A stretch of 64,000 bases of DNA from an uncultured Candidatus Binatia bacterium (lineage in GTDB: Bacteria > Desulfobacterota > Binatia > UBA9968 > JAJDTQ01), in the NCBI GenBank assembly GCA_965213675.1, contig OZ243916.1:128001-192000 (forward strand). Reading direction: 5' to 3'. Below are positions 1-10,264 of the stretch, piece after piece. Below the pieces are notes generated by a model. The model was not told the origin of the DNA. It saw nothing but the letters and a program-made list of their open reading frames with translations, and ran no database searches. Every line of letters begins with the position of its first letter. The stretch's first letter is position 1. Both the position numbers and the translations under genes were made by a program.

Positions 1-183
1 CATGTGCAGGTACCTTCCGCTCGAGGCCTGCTTCTTGCCGCTCCAGTGATGGCCGCCTTCCCGGTGGGGACGCCATGGGCCGCCCCAGAGTTCTCTTGCG
101 GGAAAGACGTTTCCGATGACGGCGCCGCCCATGAGTCCGAGCAGGAATACGCCCACCACTGCAATCAAGGCTTTTCTCTTCAT
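1..183 (-). CDS. 5' part of an exported protein, probably Spy/CpxP or periplasmic heavy-metal-sensor family; runs off the window edge
   Basis: Manual translation MKRKALIAVVGVFLLGLMGGAVIGNVF... gives a signal/TM segment. ATGA overlap with the anti-sigma stop. Typical third gene of ECF/anti-sigma operons (inference). Confidence 0.6.
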   Translation of the reverse strand, partial: MKRKALIAVVGVFLLGLMGGAVIGNVFPARELWGGPWRPHREGGHHWSGKKQASSGRYLHM

Positions 184-638
184 GGCATCCCTGCTCCCAC
201 CCAAGCGATCAGCGCCGCGTCGGGTTCGTCGGCGGATACGACGTCCTGGCCCGTTCCGTCTTCCAGCATGGTGAGGGTGGCGGGCGTCCGCTCCAGGGAC
301 TGCGTTGGCATGCCGCGCCAGAGACCGATGCCGCCGAGAAGCACCACCACCAGCACAAAGGCCGGGGCGAGCCGGCGACTGAACAGCAGGAGGGCGGCGC
401 TCCACGACGCGCGCCGGTTCTCTTCCTCACGAATTCGAGCGAGCACTCCCGGCCACGCGGGCCGTTGCGGCGCCGGCGCCGGCGCCGCGGAGAAGAAACG
501 CCGCCAGAGCCGTTCCTCCTCCAGGGCCGCGCGGCAGCCGGCGCACGAACCGATGTGTGCCGCGTGTGTTTCGGGGAGATCCTCCGTGCGCTTGGCGCCG
601 GCGGATTCCAGCCACTGCGTGAAATCATCACAGGTCAC
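180..638 (-). CDS. Zinc-finger (zf-HC2/ZAS) membrane anti-sigma factor
   Basis: HIGSCAGC (HxxxCxxC), one TM helix, directly downstream of an ECF sigma gene. Confidence 0.8.
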   Translation of the reverse strand: MTCDDFTQWLESAGAKRTEDLPETHAAHIGSCAGCRAALEEERLWRRFFSAAPAPAPQRPAWPGVLARIREEENRRASWSAALLLFSRRLAPAFVLVVVLLGGIGLWRGMPTQSLERTPATLTMLEDGTGQDVVSADEPDAALIAWVGAGMP

Positions 639-1300
639 GACTCACCTCCCTGGCCTTCTGGACCCGGGCCGTCGTGCGGGCCACGGAACAGTTCGTTTAC
701 GTGGGGCGCGAGCATCTGTCGCAGGCGCGCGCGTCCCCGGGCGTGGCGCGATTTGACCGTGCCCAGGGCACAATTCAGGATATCGGCGATTTCCTGGTAC
801 GAATTTCCTTCCAAGTCCTTCAACGTCACGACGACGCGCAGCCGGTCGGGCAGGCGGGCGACCGTCCGGGCCACCAGGCCGCTGACAGCGGCCTCGCGGG
901 CTTCGTCCATGTCGCCATCGCGCTGCCCGTCGTCGGCGAGCCGGTCGCGCAGACCGTCTGCGGCTTCCTCCGCGGGTTCCGCGTCCAGGGACACCTTGCC
1001 CGATTGCCGTTTGAGTTCGTCCCGGGCGCGGTTGATGGCGATGCGCGTGATCCAGGTGCCGAAGGCCGCGTCTTCCCGGAACTTGCCCAGCGAGAAGAAC
1101 GCCTTGACGAACACCTCCTGGACGACGTCGTCCACGTCACCATGGTCCGGTCCCAGGAGGCGGCCGACGAGCCGGTGAATGCGCGCTTGGTGACGCTCCA
1201 CCAGCAGCCGGTAGGCGTCCGCATCGCCGCTCCGGATCCGTCGCACCACGTCGCGTTCCGCATCTTCCAACGTCAGGCGATACGGCAGCGTCTCCGTCAT
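635..1300 (-). CDS. ECF sigma-70 family RNA polymerase sigma factor (RpoE-like)
   Basis: DDVVQEVFVKAF, FGTWITRIAIN (region 2); SYQEIADILNCALGTVKSR (region 4). Start estimated at MTETLP. Confidence 0.92.
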   Translation of the reverse strand: MTETLPYRLTLEDAERDVVRRIRSGDADAYRLLVERHQARIHRLVGRLLGPDHGDVDDVVQEVFVKAFFSLGKFREDAAFGTWITRIAINRARDELKRQSGKVSLDAEPAEEAADGLRDRLADDGQRDGDMDEAREAAVSGLVARTVARLPDRLRVVVTLKDLEGNSYQEIADILNCALGTVKSRHARGRARLRQMLAPHVNELFRGPHDGPGPEGQGGES

Positions 1301-1637
1301 CCTCAAACTGTGGTCCTCGCTCAACCGGACTTGACTCGATTCCCCATTTAGACGAGATGGGGTTCCCGGCGGCCGCCCGTGAAGCCGCCGCGACCACGAG
1401 CCCGGGGTCGCCGAAGGGGATGCAAGGGTAGTTCGCCAGCGTCCAGCGACTTCGGCGCGGGTGGTGTGGACGCCGGCGTTGGCGTCGAAGCGGAGGTTCA
1501 GGCGTGGAGCCACGGCTCCGTTTGTCCCGAGTTCTTCGACTTCACCTCAAACGAGGCCAGCGACGTTGCCGTTTCCCTTGACTGTGTGGAAGGCGTTGAC
1601 ACGGCAGCCGCACCCCGCGTTGCCATGCGCTCTCGAA

Positions 1638-3566
1638 TCAGGCCGCGACCTTGGCCGTGGACATCCGCCGCGCCAGTGGCCGTGCCAGCCCGGCCGCGGC
1701 CAGAAGCACGCCGATGATGTCGGTCATCATGCCCGGCGCGATGAGCATGATGGCGGCCACGAACACCACCACCCGCTCCACCGCCTCGGTCCGGTCCTTC
1801 AAGTCGCCGACCAGGGCATAGGCATTGAGGATCACCCCGGCGGCCGCCGTCGCCGTGGTCAGAACGATGTCAACGGGATGCCCGCGCATCAGCAACGGCG
1901 TGCCGAACACGAAGGCGTAGGGGAGGATGTAGACCGGCAACGAAATCAGTCCCGCGAACAGGCTGGTGCGCCAGAAATCGCTGCCGGCGACGGTGGCGCC
2001 GGCATAGGCGGCCAAGGCCACGGGCGGCGTCACCATGGACAGCATGCCGGAGAAGAAGATGAACAGATGCGCGGCCATGGGCCAGACGCCCACCTTGATG
2101 AGCACGGGCGCCACCATCAGGGCCAGAATGATATAAGCGATGCTGGTGGGCAGTCCCATGCCCAGAATCATGGAGGCGAACATGGTGAGCAGCAGAATGA
2201 TGATCAGTTCTCCCCCCGCCATGCCGATGACGAGACCCGAGAAGCGCGTGGCCAGACCGGTCATCAGGATGGTGCCCATGATGATGCCGACGCACGCCAC
2301 CGCGGTGCCCAAGGTGACGAAGTCCCGGCCAGTACCCTCGAATACGTCGATGCCCTTCTTGACGGCGCGCCAGGCTCCGGCGGGGGCCGTCTTCACGAAC
2401 CCGCGCCGGTCCCGCACGAACATGGCAATGGCCGCGATGCTCACCCCCAGCACCGCGATGACCGTCATGGCCCGCAACACCGCCTGGACCGGCGACATCC
2501 GCGCCAGCAGCAGCACGATGAGCAGGCCGATGCCGGCGATGAACGTCAGCCCCTGGGGCTCGCGCACGACTTCCCGGATGTTGGGCAGTTCGGACTTCGG
2601 CAAACCCGTGAGCCCGGAGCGCAACGCGTAGAAGTAGACGCCCGCCAGAACCCCGATGAAGTACAGCACTGCCGGAATGAGTGCGGCCTTGACGATCTGG
2701 AGATAGTCCACTGCCAGGAACTGCATCATCAGGAACGCCGCGGCCCCCATCACCGGCGGCATGAACTGCCCGCCCGTGGACGCGGCCGCCTCCACCGCTC
2801 CAGCCACGTGAGGCTGGAACCCCACGCGTTTCATGAGCGGGATGGTGATGGACCCCGTGACCATGACGTTGGCCACGGCGCTGCCGCTCACCGATCCCAT
2901 CATGCCGCTGGAAACCACGGCCATCATGGCGGGGCCGCCGCGGTATCGTCCCACGAGGGAACGGGTGAACTCCATGATGAACGCCAGCGCTCCGGTGGCC
3001 TCCAGCAGCTTGCCGAACATCACGAACAGGTACACGAACTTGAAGGTGATGTAGGTGGCGACGCCGAAGACGCCGTTGCCGGACAGGTAGACGGTGGTGA
3101 CGATGCGGTCGAGGTCGAAGCCGCCGTGGCCCCCCACCCAGCGCGGCAGGTGCTGGCCGTAGAAGACGTAGACCAGAAACACCAGTGCGGTGACAACCAG
3201 CGCCATGCCGACGATGCGCCGGGTGGCCTCCAGCACCACGATGACACAGATGACCCCCAGCACCAGGTCGGTCTGGGTGACGAGTCCCGACTTGAAGGCG
3301 ATCTCCTCGTGCTCGATGAACACGTAGCCGAAGGTCGCCAGACTGAGCGCCAGCCAGAAGAGGTCCAACGCCACCTGGGCTGGCCGCTCACGCTCCGTCG
3401 CCTGGGTCAGGAACAACAGGACGAACAGGACGAGCAGGAAAAGGCTGCGTTCCTGAAGCGGCGGCAACGGACTGAAGGCGTTCCACACGGCGTAAGCCGA
3501 CAGTCCGATGGCCAACACCCGCGTGAGGGTCCGGCCTATGGCTCTCAGGGCGCCTTCTCCTTCCAA
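1638..3566 (-). CDS. TRAP transporter fused 4TM/12TM permease
   Basis: GSVSGSAVANV, ASTGGQFMPPVMGAAAF, GMGLPT, TPPVALAAY motifs. Confidence 0.93.
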   Translation of the reverse strand: MEGEGALRAIGRTLTRVLAIGLSAYAVWNAFSPLPPLQERSLFLLVLFVLLFLTQATERERPAQVALDLFWLALSLATFGYVFIEHEEIAFKSGLVTQTDLVLGVICVIVVLEATRRIVGMALVVTALVFLVYVFYGQHLPRWVGGHGGFDLDRIVTTVYLSGNGVFGVATYITFKFVYLFVMFGKLLEATGALAFIMEFTRSLVGRYRGGPAMMAVVSSGMMGSVSGSAVANVMVTGSITIPLMKRVGFQPHVAGAVEAAASTGGQFMPPVMGAAAFLMMQFLAVDYLQIVKAALIPAVLYFIGVLAGVYFYALRSGLTGLPKSELPNIREVVREPQGLTFIAGIGLLIVLLLARMSPVQAVLRAMTVIAVLGVSIAAIAMFVRDRRGFVKTAPAGAWRAVKKGIDVFEGTGRDFVTLGTAVACVGIIMGTILMTGLATRFSGLVIGMAGGELIIILLLTMFASMILGMGLPTSIAYIILALMVAPVLIKVGVWPMAAHLFIFFSGMLSMVTPPVALAAYAGATVAGSDFWRTSLFAGLISLPVYILPYAFVFGTPLLMRGHPVDIVLTTATAAAGVILNAYALVGDLKDRTEAVERVVVFVAAIMLIAPGMMTDIIGVLLAAAGLARPLARRMSTAKVAA

Positions 3567-3697
3567 GACCTCACCTCGTCCTTCCGAAAGGGTGCGTCTA
3601 ACTCTTTGGTCATGGCGATACCGGCGGCATCGGACCGGCGGCGCCGCAAACGATGGGCGCCGGCGGTCCGATTGCCGCGATCACGTGACCATGAAGC

Positions 3698-4681
3698 CTA
3701 CTCCTTCCAGAGACCGGCTTCCTTCCAGTAGCGCACGGCCCCCGGATGATAGGGAACGCCGATCTGGGTGGTCAGGACCGCAGGGTTGAGTTGGGCGTAC
3801 TTGAAGTAGCGCACGTCCTCCGCCAACTTGCCCAGGTTTTGGTGAATCATCTTGATGACGTTGTAGACCAGTTCCTCGTCAGCGTCCGCCCGGACGGTGA
3901 GCAGGGGGCCGCCGATGTCGAACGTCTCGACCGCCTTGTCGAAGGTGGGCGTGTTGGCGGGAATGGTCTGCCGCGTCATGTACGGAAACTGCTCGACCAT
4001 CTTGTCGACGGCCTGGGGCTCCGGCGCCAGATACCGCGCGCCCTTTTCGGCGTGCAGGCGCAGGGCCGCGGGGATCGGGCTCAGCCCGGAAACCATGGTC
4101 GGCATGGCCACGATGTTGCCGTCGCCGAGTTGCGTGTAGAGGTCGCTCATGCCCGCGTACACGGGCTTGAAGTCCTCCTTGTAGGTCAGGCCGTGAGCCT
4201 TCATCAACGGGACCATGAAGGCGTCCCAGGTGCGGCCGGTGCCCACGCCCACGCGATGTCCCTTGAGGTCGGCGAACGAGTTGATGGGGCTGCCGGGCAG
4301 GGTGTGAAGCGTGAAGGCGTTGGGGTAAAGGCCCATGACCAGGGCCAGGGGATGCTTTTTCTTGAACGTCAGGACTCCGTGGTACGCCGGGTACGAGTTG
4401 TTGGACGCGATGACGCCCATGAAGATCTGTTTGCGGTCGATCAGGCGCACGTTCTCGCGCGAGCCTTCGGTCACCGCCGCGGTTACCGGGATCTTCATCT
4501 GATCTTCCAGCAGCTTGGCGACGCCCCCCGCCACCACGTAGAACGCGCCGCCGATGCTGGCGCCGCCGATCTCGAGGCTGGACGGCATCTCCGCCGCGGT
4601 TGCCCGCTGGGGGCCGGATGCCCACGCCATGGCCGCCACGGCCACCGCTGCGAGCAGCGTCTTGAATCTCGGACTCTTCAT
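3698..4681 (-). CDS. TAXI family TRAP solute-binding subunit
   Basis: Signal peptide, GGAFY, TEGSRENV, PYHPGAVRYWKE; upstream of the fused permease. Confidence 0.93.
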   Translation of the reverse strand: MKSPRFKTLLAAVAVAAMAWASGPQRATAAEMPSSLEIGGASIGGAFYVVAGGVAKLLEDQMKIPVTAAVTEGSRENVRLIDRKQIFMGVIASNNSYPAYHGVLTFKKKHPLALVMGLYPNAFTLHTLPGSPINSFADLKGHRVGVGTGRTWDAFMVPLMKAHGLTYKEDFKPVYAGMSDLYTQLGDGNIVAMPTMVSGLSPIPAALRLHAEKGARYLAPEPQAVDKMVEQFPYMTRQTIPANTPTFDKAVETFDIGGPLLTVRADADEELVYNVIKMIHQNLGKLAEDVRYFKYAQLNPAVLTTQIGVPYHPGAVRYWKEAGLWKE

Positions 4682-4818
4682 GCAAAACCTCCTTCTGGGT
4701 AGAAGTTACGACGCGCCGCCATGGATATGCGGCCGGACGAATTGGCGTAAAATAGGATGGATCGGGGTGCCGGTCAAGCCAAAAGAAACGCTCGTGTCGC
4801 GGCTGCGTTCGGAGGAAA

Positions 4819-5616
4819 TTACTGGAACGGCCCACCGCGGTAACCCAGCACCACGATCTCGGTCTTGCGCGGCAGCGCCGCCTTGCTGAGGGGTAGGGAT
4901 CCGTGGGGCACGGTGCGCATGGGGAAGCCTTCGGTGAAGATGCGCACGCGCTCGAGATCGTCGCGGTAGTGCATGGGGATCGCGATCTTCGGTTCGAGTT
5001 GTTCCACCACGCTACGGGCGGTCCAGGGTCCCATGGTGGTGCGCCCGCCGATGGGCACCAGCGCCACGTCCACCTTGCCGAACTGCTGCAGTTGCTTGTC
5101 CGTGAGCCGGTGGGCCAGGTCTCCCAGGTGCGCCACGCACAGCCGGCCGAGATCGTACACAAAGGCCGCGCCCTTGAAGAGGTCGCCGTTGGGCCGGCTG
5201 ACGTAGATGGGCACACTGGAGATGCGCACGTCCTTGACCGTGGCGCGCACCTGGTTCCATTCGTATGCGACCGGGGTTTCCCGAAGGCCTCGGAGAATCA
5301 GCGGCCGGCCGCGCACGATGGGGATCCAGTTGTGGTTCTCGTGCTCCCTGCCGATGGTGACGGCGTCCGCGGACACGTCCGGCGTGGGGTACCAGCCCGG
5401 CGCGAGCGGATCCATGACGATGCGCGTGCCCCGATGGGTGACGAGTTGAAAAAAGCTGTGGCCGAAGTAGTTCAAGGTGGCGTCGGGCGCGGCGGCATAC
5501 GCGGGCCGGAAGAAGCGGCTCGCGAAGCTCTCCTCCTTGCAGGCGGCGAACAGCGCGCCGTGGCAGAACACGAGGAAAACGGTGGCGATGATCGCGGCAC
5601 GGCGCGCTGTACGCAT
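4819..5616 (-). CDS. Exported MBL-fold metallo-hydrolase (Lactamase_B_3-like)
   Basis: YFGHSFF, VMDP, REHENHN, HLGDL, IPMHY; signal peptide from MRTARR. Confidence 0.85.
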   Translation of the reverse strand: MRTARRAAIIATVFLVFCHGALFAACKEESFASRFFRPAYAAAPDATLNYFGHSFFQLVTHRGTRIVMDPLAPGWYPTPDVSADAVTIGREHENHNWIPIVRGRPLILRGLRETPVAYEWNQVRATVKDVRISSVPIYVSRPNGDLFKGAAFVYDLGRLCVAHLGDLAHRLTDKQLQQFGKVDVALVPIGGRTTMGPWTARSVVEQLEPKIAIPMHYRDDLERVRIFTEGFPMRTVPHGSLPLSKAALPRKTEIVVLGYRGGPFQ

Positions 5617-5830
5617 CTCCCCAACCTTTCCGACAAGACCGACGCCGGCGTTGTGAACCGGAATTCCGGGAAAAGGCACGGAACCGCAGCCATCTTCGCC
5701 CAAGGTTTTTCGTTTGACAAGCTCACGGTCCCTGCCATAGAAGGGGCGTTGAGCGTAGCCAAAGGCAGGTGCCCGCCCATGCGCGCGCCGAGCTCCCACA
5801 GGAGTCAAACCCGAAAAGGAGGACATCCTT

Positions 5831-6865
5831 ATGAAGGCATTATACCTGACCGTCGCGCTTCTCTTCCTGACCGCATCCGCGGCGTGGGGCCAGAGCGAAA
5901 TGGTCAAGAAGCTGGCCAACTACAAGGGAGCGGATTACCACCAGATGCTGGAGGCGGGCGCCAAGAAAGAAGGCAAGGTGGTGTGGTACACGTCGCTGAG
6001 CGGCAAGTCCTACAAGACCATCCAGTCGGGCTTTGCCAAGAAATACCCGGACGTGAAGATTGAGGTCTACCGCGCGGGCAGCAAGGATATCGCCGCCAAG
6101 ATCCTCGCCGAGCACAAGGCCGGCAAATACCTCGTGGACGCCATCGAGAGCACGCCGGGGATCCTGCAGTTGCTCCGTGAGCGGAACATCATCACTCCCT
6201 ACAGCAGCCCGGAGCACAAGAGATGGCCGGATGAACACCAGACCAAGGCCAGTAGCGGCGGGGTTTGGTGGGTCACCGACCGCGAATCTTTCATCGGCCT
6301 CGGATACAACACCGACAAGATGCCCAAGGACAAGGCGCCCAAGAGCTTCGACGACCTCCTGGACCCTTCTCTCAAGGGCAAGATCGTCATGAGCGTGCAG
6401 AGCACCGGCGACCGGATGCTGTCGAGCATGATCAAGGTCAAGGGCGAGGAATACGTCGAGCAGCTCAAGAAGCAGCAGGTCAAGCTCGTGAAGATCTCGG
6501 GTACGGCCACTCGCGACCTGATCATCTCGGGCGAGTTCGTGGTGTCGCCTTCCGTGTTCCGCAATCACGCCCTCGTGAAGATCGCCGAGGGCGCCCCCAT
6601 CGGTTGGAACGCGTTGGACGAAGTTCCGACCAACGCCGGCGGCTCCGCGATTTTCGCGAATTCGCCGCACCCTCATGCCGCGTTGCTTCTTACCAACTTC
6701 GTCCTGACCGAGGGACAGCAGATCCTGCAGAAGTTCCACTACGGCATGGCGTGGCTGGACTATCCGTTCAAGCGGGTGTACCCCGAACGGGGAATGAGCT
6801 CGAAGGACTACAACAGGGTCTCCAAGAAGCTCAACAAGCAGTTGCGTTCCATCGGCCGCCGCTGA
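5831..6865 (+). CDS. ABC transporter extracellular solute-binding protein (Fe3+/thiamine-like family)
   Basis: Signal peptide, AKKEGKVVWYTS, PHPHAALL, EGQ; SD AGGAGG. Confidence 0.9.
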   Translation: MKALYLTVALLFLTASAAWGQSEMVKKLANYKGADYHQMLEAGAKKEGKVVWYTSLSGKSYKTIQSGFAKKYPDVKIEVYRAGSKDIAAKILAEHKAGKYLVDAIESTPGILQLLRERNIITPYSSPEHKRWPDEHQTKASSGGVWWVTDRESFIGLGYNTDKMPKDKAPKSFDDLLDPSLKGKIVMSVQSTGDRMLSSMIKVKGEEYVEQLKKQQVKLVKISGTATRDLIISGEFVVSPSVFRNHALVKIAEGAPIGWNALDEVPTNAGGSAIFANSPHPHAALLLTNFVLTEGQQILQKFHYGMAWLDYPFKRVYPERGMSSKDYNRVSKKLNKQLRSIGRR

Positions 6866-7004
6866 TGGACTTTACCGGCCACCTTCCCTTGGCGTTCCGT
6901 GCGGATCACCGCGGCGCCCCGGGGCAGCGACCCCGCCCCCGGGCGCCCGGTGAGTGCACGCCACGGCCGTGCACGGGCCAGAGTATCACCAGGAAACTCC
7001 GACG

Positions 7005-8780
7005 TTGAGCAAAGACGAAGCAGCGCTCAGGGAACCCGGTTTCGCCAGCGGCCGCGCCTGGGCATTTCTCGACATCTTCCGTCCCAGCAGGCAGGGCCGC
7101 GACTTCCCGTTGTGGTTGTTCATACCCTGTGCGCTGGTGCTCCTGTATCTCGTCATCCCGCCGCTGGTTTTCATCATCTATTCGAGTTTCGTTCCTTCGG
7201 AAGACTCGGACATCGTCGGCCTCACGATTCAGAATTATTTCGATATCTTCGAGGGTCTGGATGAGTTCCGGGGTTTGGTCTGGAACTCCGTCGTGTTTTC
7301 CGTGGGCAGCGCTGGCTGGGCGCTGGTCTTCGGCACGGCCATGGCCTGGCTGGCGGAGCGCAGCAATGCGCCGTTCCGCGCGGTGGCCTACCTGGCGGCT
7401 TTCGTGTCGTTCGCCGTCCCGGGCCTGGTCAAGGTCATCGGCTGGATTCTGCTGCTGGGGCCGGAGGCGGGCTTCCTCAACATCGCCGTGAATTCCGTCA
7501 CCGGAATCATGCCCATCTTCAACTTGTTCTCCATGAGCGGCATGATCCTGGTGGAGGGATTTCTCTGGACCCCCATCGTGTTTCTGCTCATGGCGACGCC
7601 GTTCCGGTCCATGGATCCGTCGCTGGAGGAAGCCGCGGTGGTGGCGGGCAGCAGCGACTGGCAGGTGTTCTGGAAGGTGACCCTGCCCATGGCCATGCCC
7701 AGTCTTCTCTCCGTGCTGATCCTCACCTTCATCCGCAGCATGGAGGCCTTCGAGATTCCCGCGCTGGTGGGTCTTCCCGCGGGCATCGAGGTCATGACCA
7801 CCCAGATCTACCTCCAGTTGATCGAGGGGTTCGTGCCCGAGTACGGCTATGCCAGCGCCTACTCCGTGCTGCTCATCGCCTTGGTGGCCCTGTGCCTGGT
7901 TCCCTACTATCGCGTTACCCAGCACGCGCACCGGTTCACGACCATCACCGGCAAGGGGTTCCAGCCCCGGCGCAAGGATCTGGGACGTTGGCGCTGGTTG
8001 GGTGGACTGGCTTTGCTGGGCCTGCCGATGCTCCAGCTCCTCCCGCTTACCGCGCTCATCTGGTCGAGCTTCATGCCCTACCTCGTCGTGCCCTCCTGGG
8101 ACGCGCTCTCCATGTTCACCCTGAACAACTACGTGGAAGCGTTCAGCGACGACAAGATACTGCGTTCCATCACCAACAACGTCACCATCAGCATGGTGTC
8201 CGCCACCGCGTGCGTGGGCGTCGCCTTCGTCACGGCCTGGCTGGTGACGCGGACCAACATCAAGATGCGCTGGAGCCTGGACCGCCTCACCATGGTGCCG
8301 CTGGTCTTCCCGGGCATCGTCATGGGCGTGGCCGTGCTGCAGACCTACCTCGTGGTGCCCATTCCCGTGTACGGCACCATCTGGATCATGGTCATCGCCT
8401 TTTCGGCGCGCTATCTTCCCTACGCCATGCGCTTCAGCCACGCCGGACTCATCGGCATCCACAAGGAGCTGGAGGAAAGCGCCACCGCCAGCGGCGCGAG
8501 CTGGGGCAACGTGGCCCGGCGGATCATGGTGCCGCTGATGATGCCGGCCCTGTTCGCCGGGTGGATCTACATCTTCCTCATCACCATCCGGGAGCTGTCC
8601 GTGGCGCTGTTGCTCTACAGCCCCGGTTCCGAAGTGATCTCGGTGGTCATCTGGGAGCTCTGGGACAACGGCCACATCGGGAGTCTGTCGGCCTTCGCTC
8701 TGGGCATCAGTGTAGGCACGGTTGTCCTCGCCAGCCTCTTCTACAAGCTCAGCCGGCGCCACGGCCTGGACGTCCGTTAG
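7005..8780 (+). CDS. Iron(III)-type ABC transporter permease (FbpB-like, duplicated TM domain)
   Basis: Two EAA motifs (DPSLEEAAVVAG, KELEESATASG); probable TTG start at 7005. Confidence 0.9.
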   Translation: MSKDEAALREPGFASGRAWAFLDIFRPSRQGRDFPLWLFIPCALVLLYLVIPPLVFIIYSSFVPSEDSDIVGLTIQNYFDIFEGLDEFRGLVWNSVVFSVGSAGWALVFGTAMAWLAERSNAPFRAVAYLAAFVSFAVPGLVKVIGWILLLGPEAGFLNIAVNSVTGIMPIFNLFSMSGMILVEGFLWTPIVFLLMATPFRSMDPSLEEAAVVAGSSDWQVFWKVTLPMAMPSLLSVLILTFIRSMEAFEIPALVGLPAGIEVMTTQIYLQLIEGFVPEYGYASAYSVLLIALVALCLVPYYRVTQHAHRFTTITGKGFQPRRKDLGRWRWLGGLALLGLPMLQLLPLTALIWSSFMPYLVVPSWDALSMFTLNNYVEAFSDDKILRSITNNVTISMVSATACVGVAFVTAWLVTRTNIKMRWSLDRLTMVPLVFPGIVMGVAVLQTYLVVPIPVYGTIWIMVIAFSARYLPYAMRFSHAGLIGIHKELEESATASGASWGNVARRIMVPLMMPALFAGWIYIFLITIRELSVALLLYSPGSEVISVVIWELWDNGHIGSLSAFALGISVGTVVLASLFYKLSRRHGLDVR

Positions 8781-8937
8781 TGTCGTGTCCCGCAAATTAC
8801 TGCGATAATTTGCGGGTCTGTTTCGCCGTCGGCTGCGTGGCTCTTCCTCGCGTGGTGCCCGGCACTGCTTGTCATCGCGCCTTGCCGGCAACAAAAAACC
8901 TGCGCAACTTGTCGCAGGAATTTACGGGACACGACAC
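8780..8937. mobile_element. MITE family A, copy 1
   Basis: Terminal inverted repeats GTGTCGTGTCCCGCAAATT...AATTTACGGGACACGACAC; core shared with 18659-18817. Confidence 0.8.
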
Positions 8938-8938
8938 C

Positions 8939-9007
8939 AGGAGCTTGCGCCGAAGGGACGGATGAGAGCGAAGTTTCGCTTTCGCGAATTCCTGCCGCAC
9001 AAGCTCC
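8939..9007. mobile_element. MITE family B, internally deleted copy
   Basis: AGGAGCTTGCGCCG...GCACAAGCTCC ends; CCGAAGGGACGGATGAGAGCG shared with 23985-24148. Confidence 0.75.
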
Positions 9008-9092
9008 ATTGCGGGGATTTTCCCTGCAGGGCATAGGGTGCTGCGTTTGCCGGCCCTGTTCAAGATTGTCTCAATCGCCCGAGGAAGCCGCC

Positions 9093-10109
9093 ATGACCAC
9101 ACGGATCGCCATCAACGGATTTGGCCGCATCGGCCGTCTCAGCTTGCGCGCCATGCTGCAAAGACACCGGGAGAGTCTCTCCGTCGTCGCCATCAACGAC
9201 ATCGCGGACCTGGAAGTGGGCGCGCACCTGCTCAAGTACGACACGAACTATGGCATGTTCCCCGGCGCGGTAACGGTGGGCGAGGGCGTGATGGAGGTGG
9301 ACGGCGGCGCCATCCGCGTCACCCGTGAACTCGACCCGTCCCGTCTCCCCTGGAAGAAGCTGGGGGTGGACGTGGTCATCGAGTCCACCGGGGCCTTCAC
9401 CGACGCCGGCGCGGCATCGGCCCACCTTCAGGCCGGGGCGCGGAGCGCGGTGATCACGGCGCCCTCCGCCAACGCGGACATGACCGTCGTCATGGGTGTC
9501 AACGATTCCCGGTACGATCCCGGCAAACATCGCATCGTCTCCAACGCGTCCTGCACCACCAACTGTCTGGCGCCGGTGGCGAAAGTGCTCCACGACCGCT
9601 TCGGCATCGAAAGAGGCATGATGACCACGACCCATGCCTACACCGGCGACCAGCGCATCCTGGACGTGGCGCACAAGGACCTCCGGCGCGCCCGGGCCGC
9701 GGCCATGAACATCGTGCCCACCACGACCGGAGCCGCCCGCGCCATCGCGCGCGTCATTCCCGAACTCGAAGGCAAGCTGCGCGGAATGGCGCTGCGTGTG
9801 CCCACCGCCACCGTTTCGGTGGTGGACCTCGTGGCCGACCTCAAGCGACCAGGCACAGCGGACGACGTCAACGCCGCCCTGGCCGAAGCCGCACAAGGGT
9901 CCATGAACGGTATACTGGATTACTGCGACGAGCCGCTGGTCTCGAGCGACTTCAAGGGGAGTGCGGCATCTTCCATCGTCGACGGACTGTCCACCGTCGC
10001 CGTGGACGAGAGCATGGTGAAGGTTCTGTCATGGTACGACAACGAATGGGGCTACAGTTGCCGTGTGGCGGACCTCGTCGCCATGATGGCCGAGAGAGCG
10101 GCGGCGTGA
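9093..10109 (+). CDS. gap: Type I glyceraldehyde-3-phosphate dehydrogenase
   Basis: INGFGRIGR, ASCTTNCLAP, WYDNEWGYS. Confidence 0.97.
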   Translation: MTTRIAINGFGRIGRLSLRAMLQRHRESLSVVAINDIADLEVGAHLLKYDTNYGMFPGAVTVGEGVMEVDGGAIRVTRELDPSRLPWKKLGVDVVIESTGAFTDAGAASAHLQAGARSAVITAPSANADMTVVMGVNDSRYDPGKHRIVSNASCTTNCLAPVAKVLHDRFGIERGMMTTTHAYTGDQRILDVAHKDLRRARAAAMNIVPTTTGAARAIARVIPELEGKLRGMALRVPTATVSVVDLVADLKRPGTADDVNAALAEAAQGSMNGILDYCDEPLVSSDFKGSAASSIVDGLSTVAVDESMVKVLSWYDNEWGYSCRVADLVAMMAERAAA

Positions 10110-10139
10110 CAGCCTCGCATGCCCACGAGAACCACGCCG

Positions 10140-10244
10140 TCCGAAGAACTCGCCCTCCTCGACGCCTTGCGTGACGCCACCCAACGCGGCCACTTCATTG
10201 CCGCCGACGCTGAAGATCTTTTGAAGTTCCTTGACCTGGAGCAT
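10140..10244 (-). pseudogene. 5' remnant of an ABC transporter ATP-binding gene
   Basis: MLQVKELQKIFSVGGNEVAALGGVTQGVEEGEFF, then similarity is lost before Walker A. Confidence 0.7.
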
Positions 10245-10264
10245 GTGGGCATCCGGTTGGCCGC

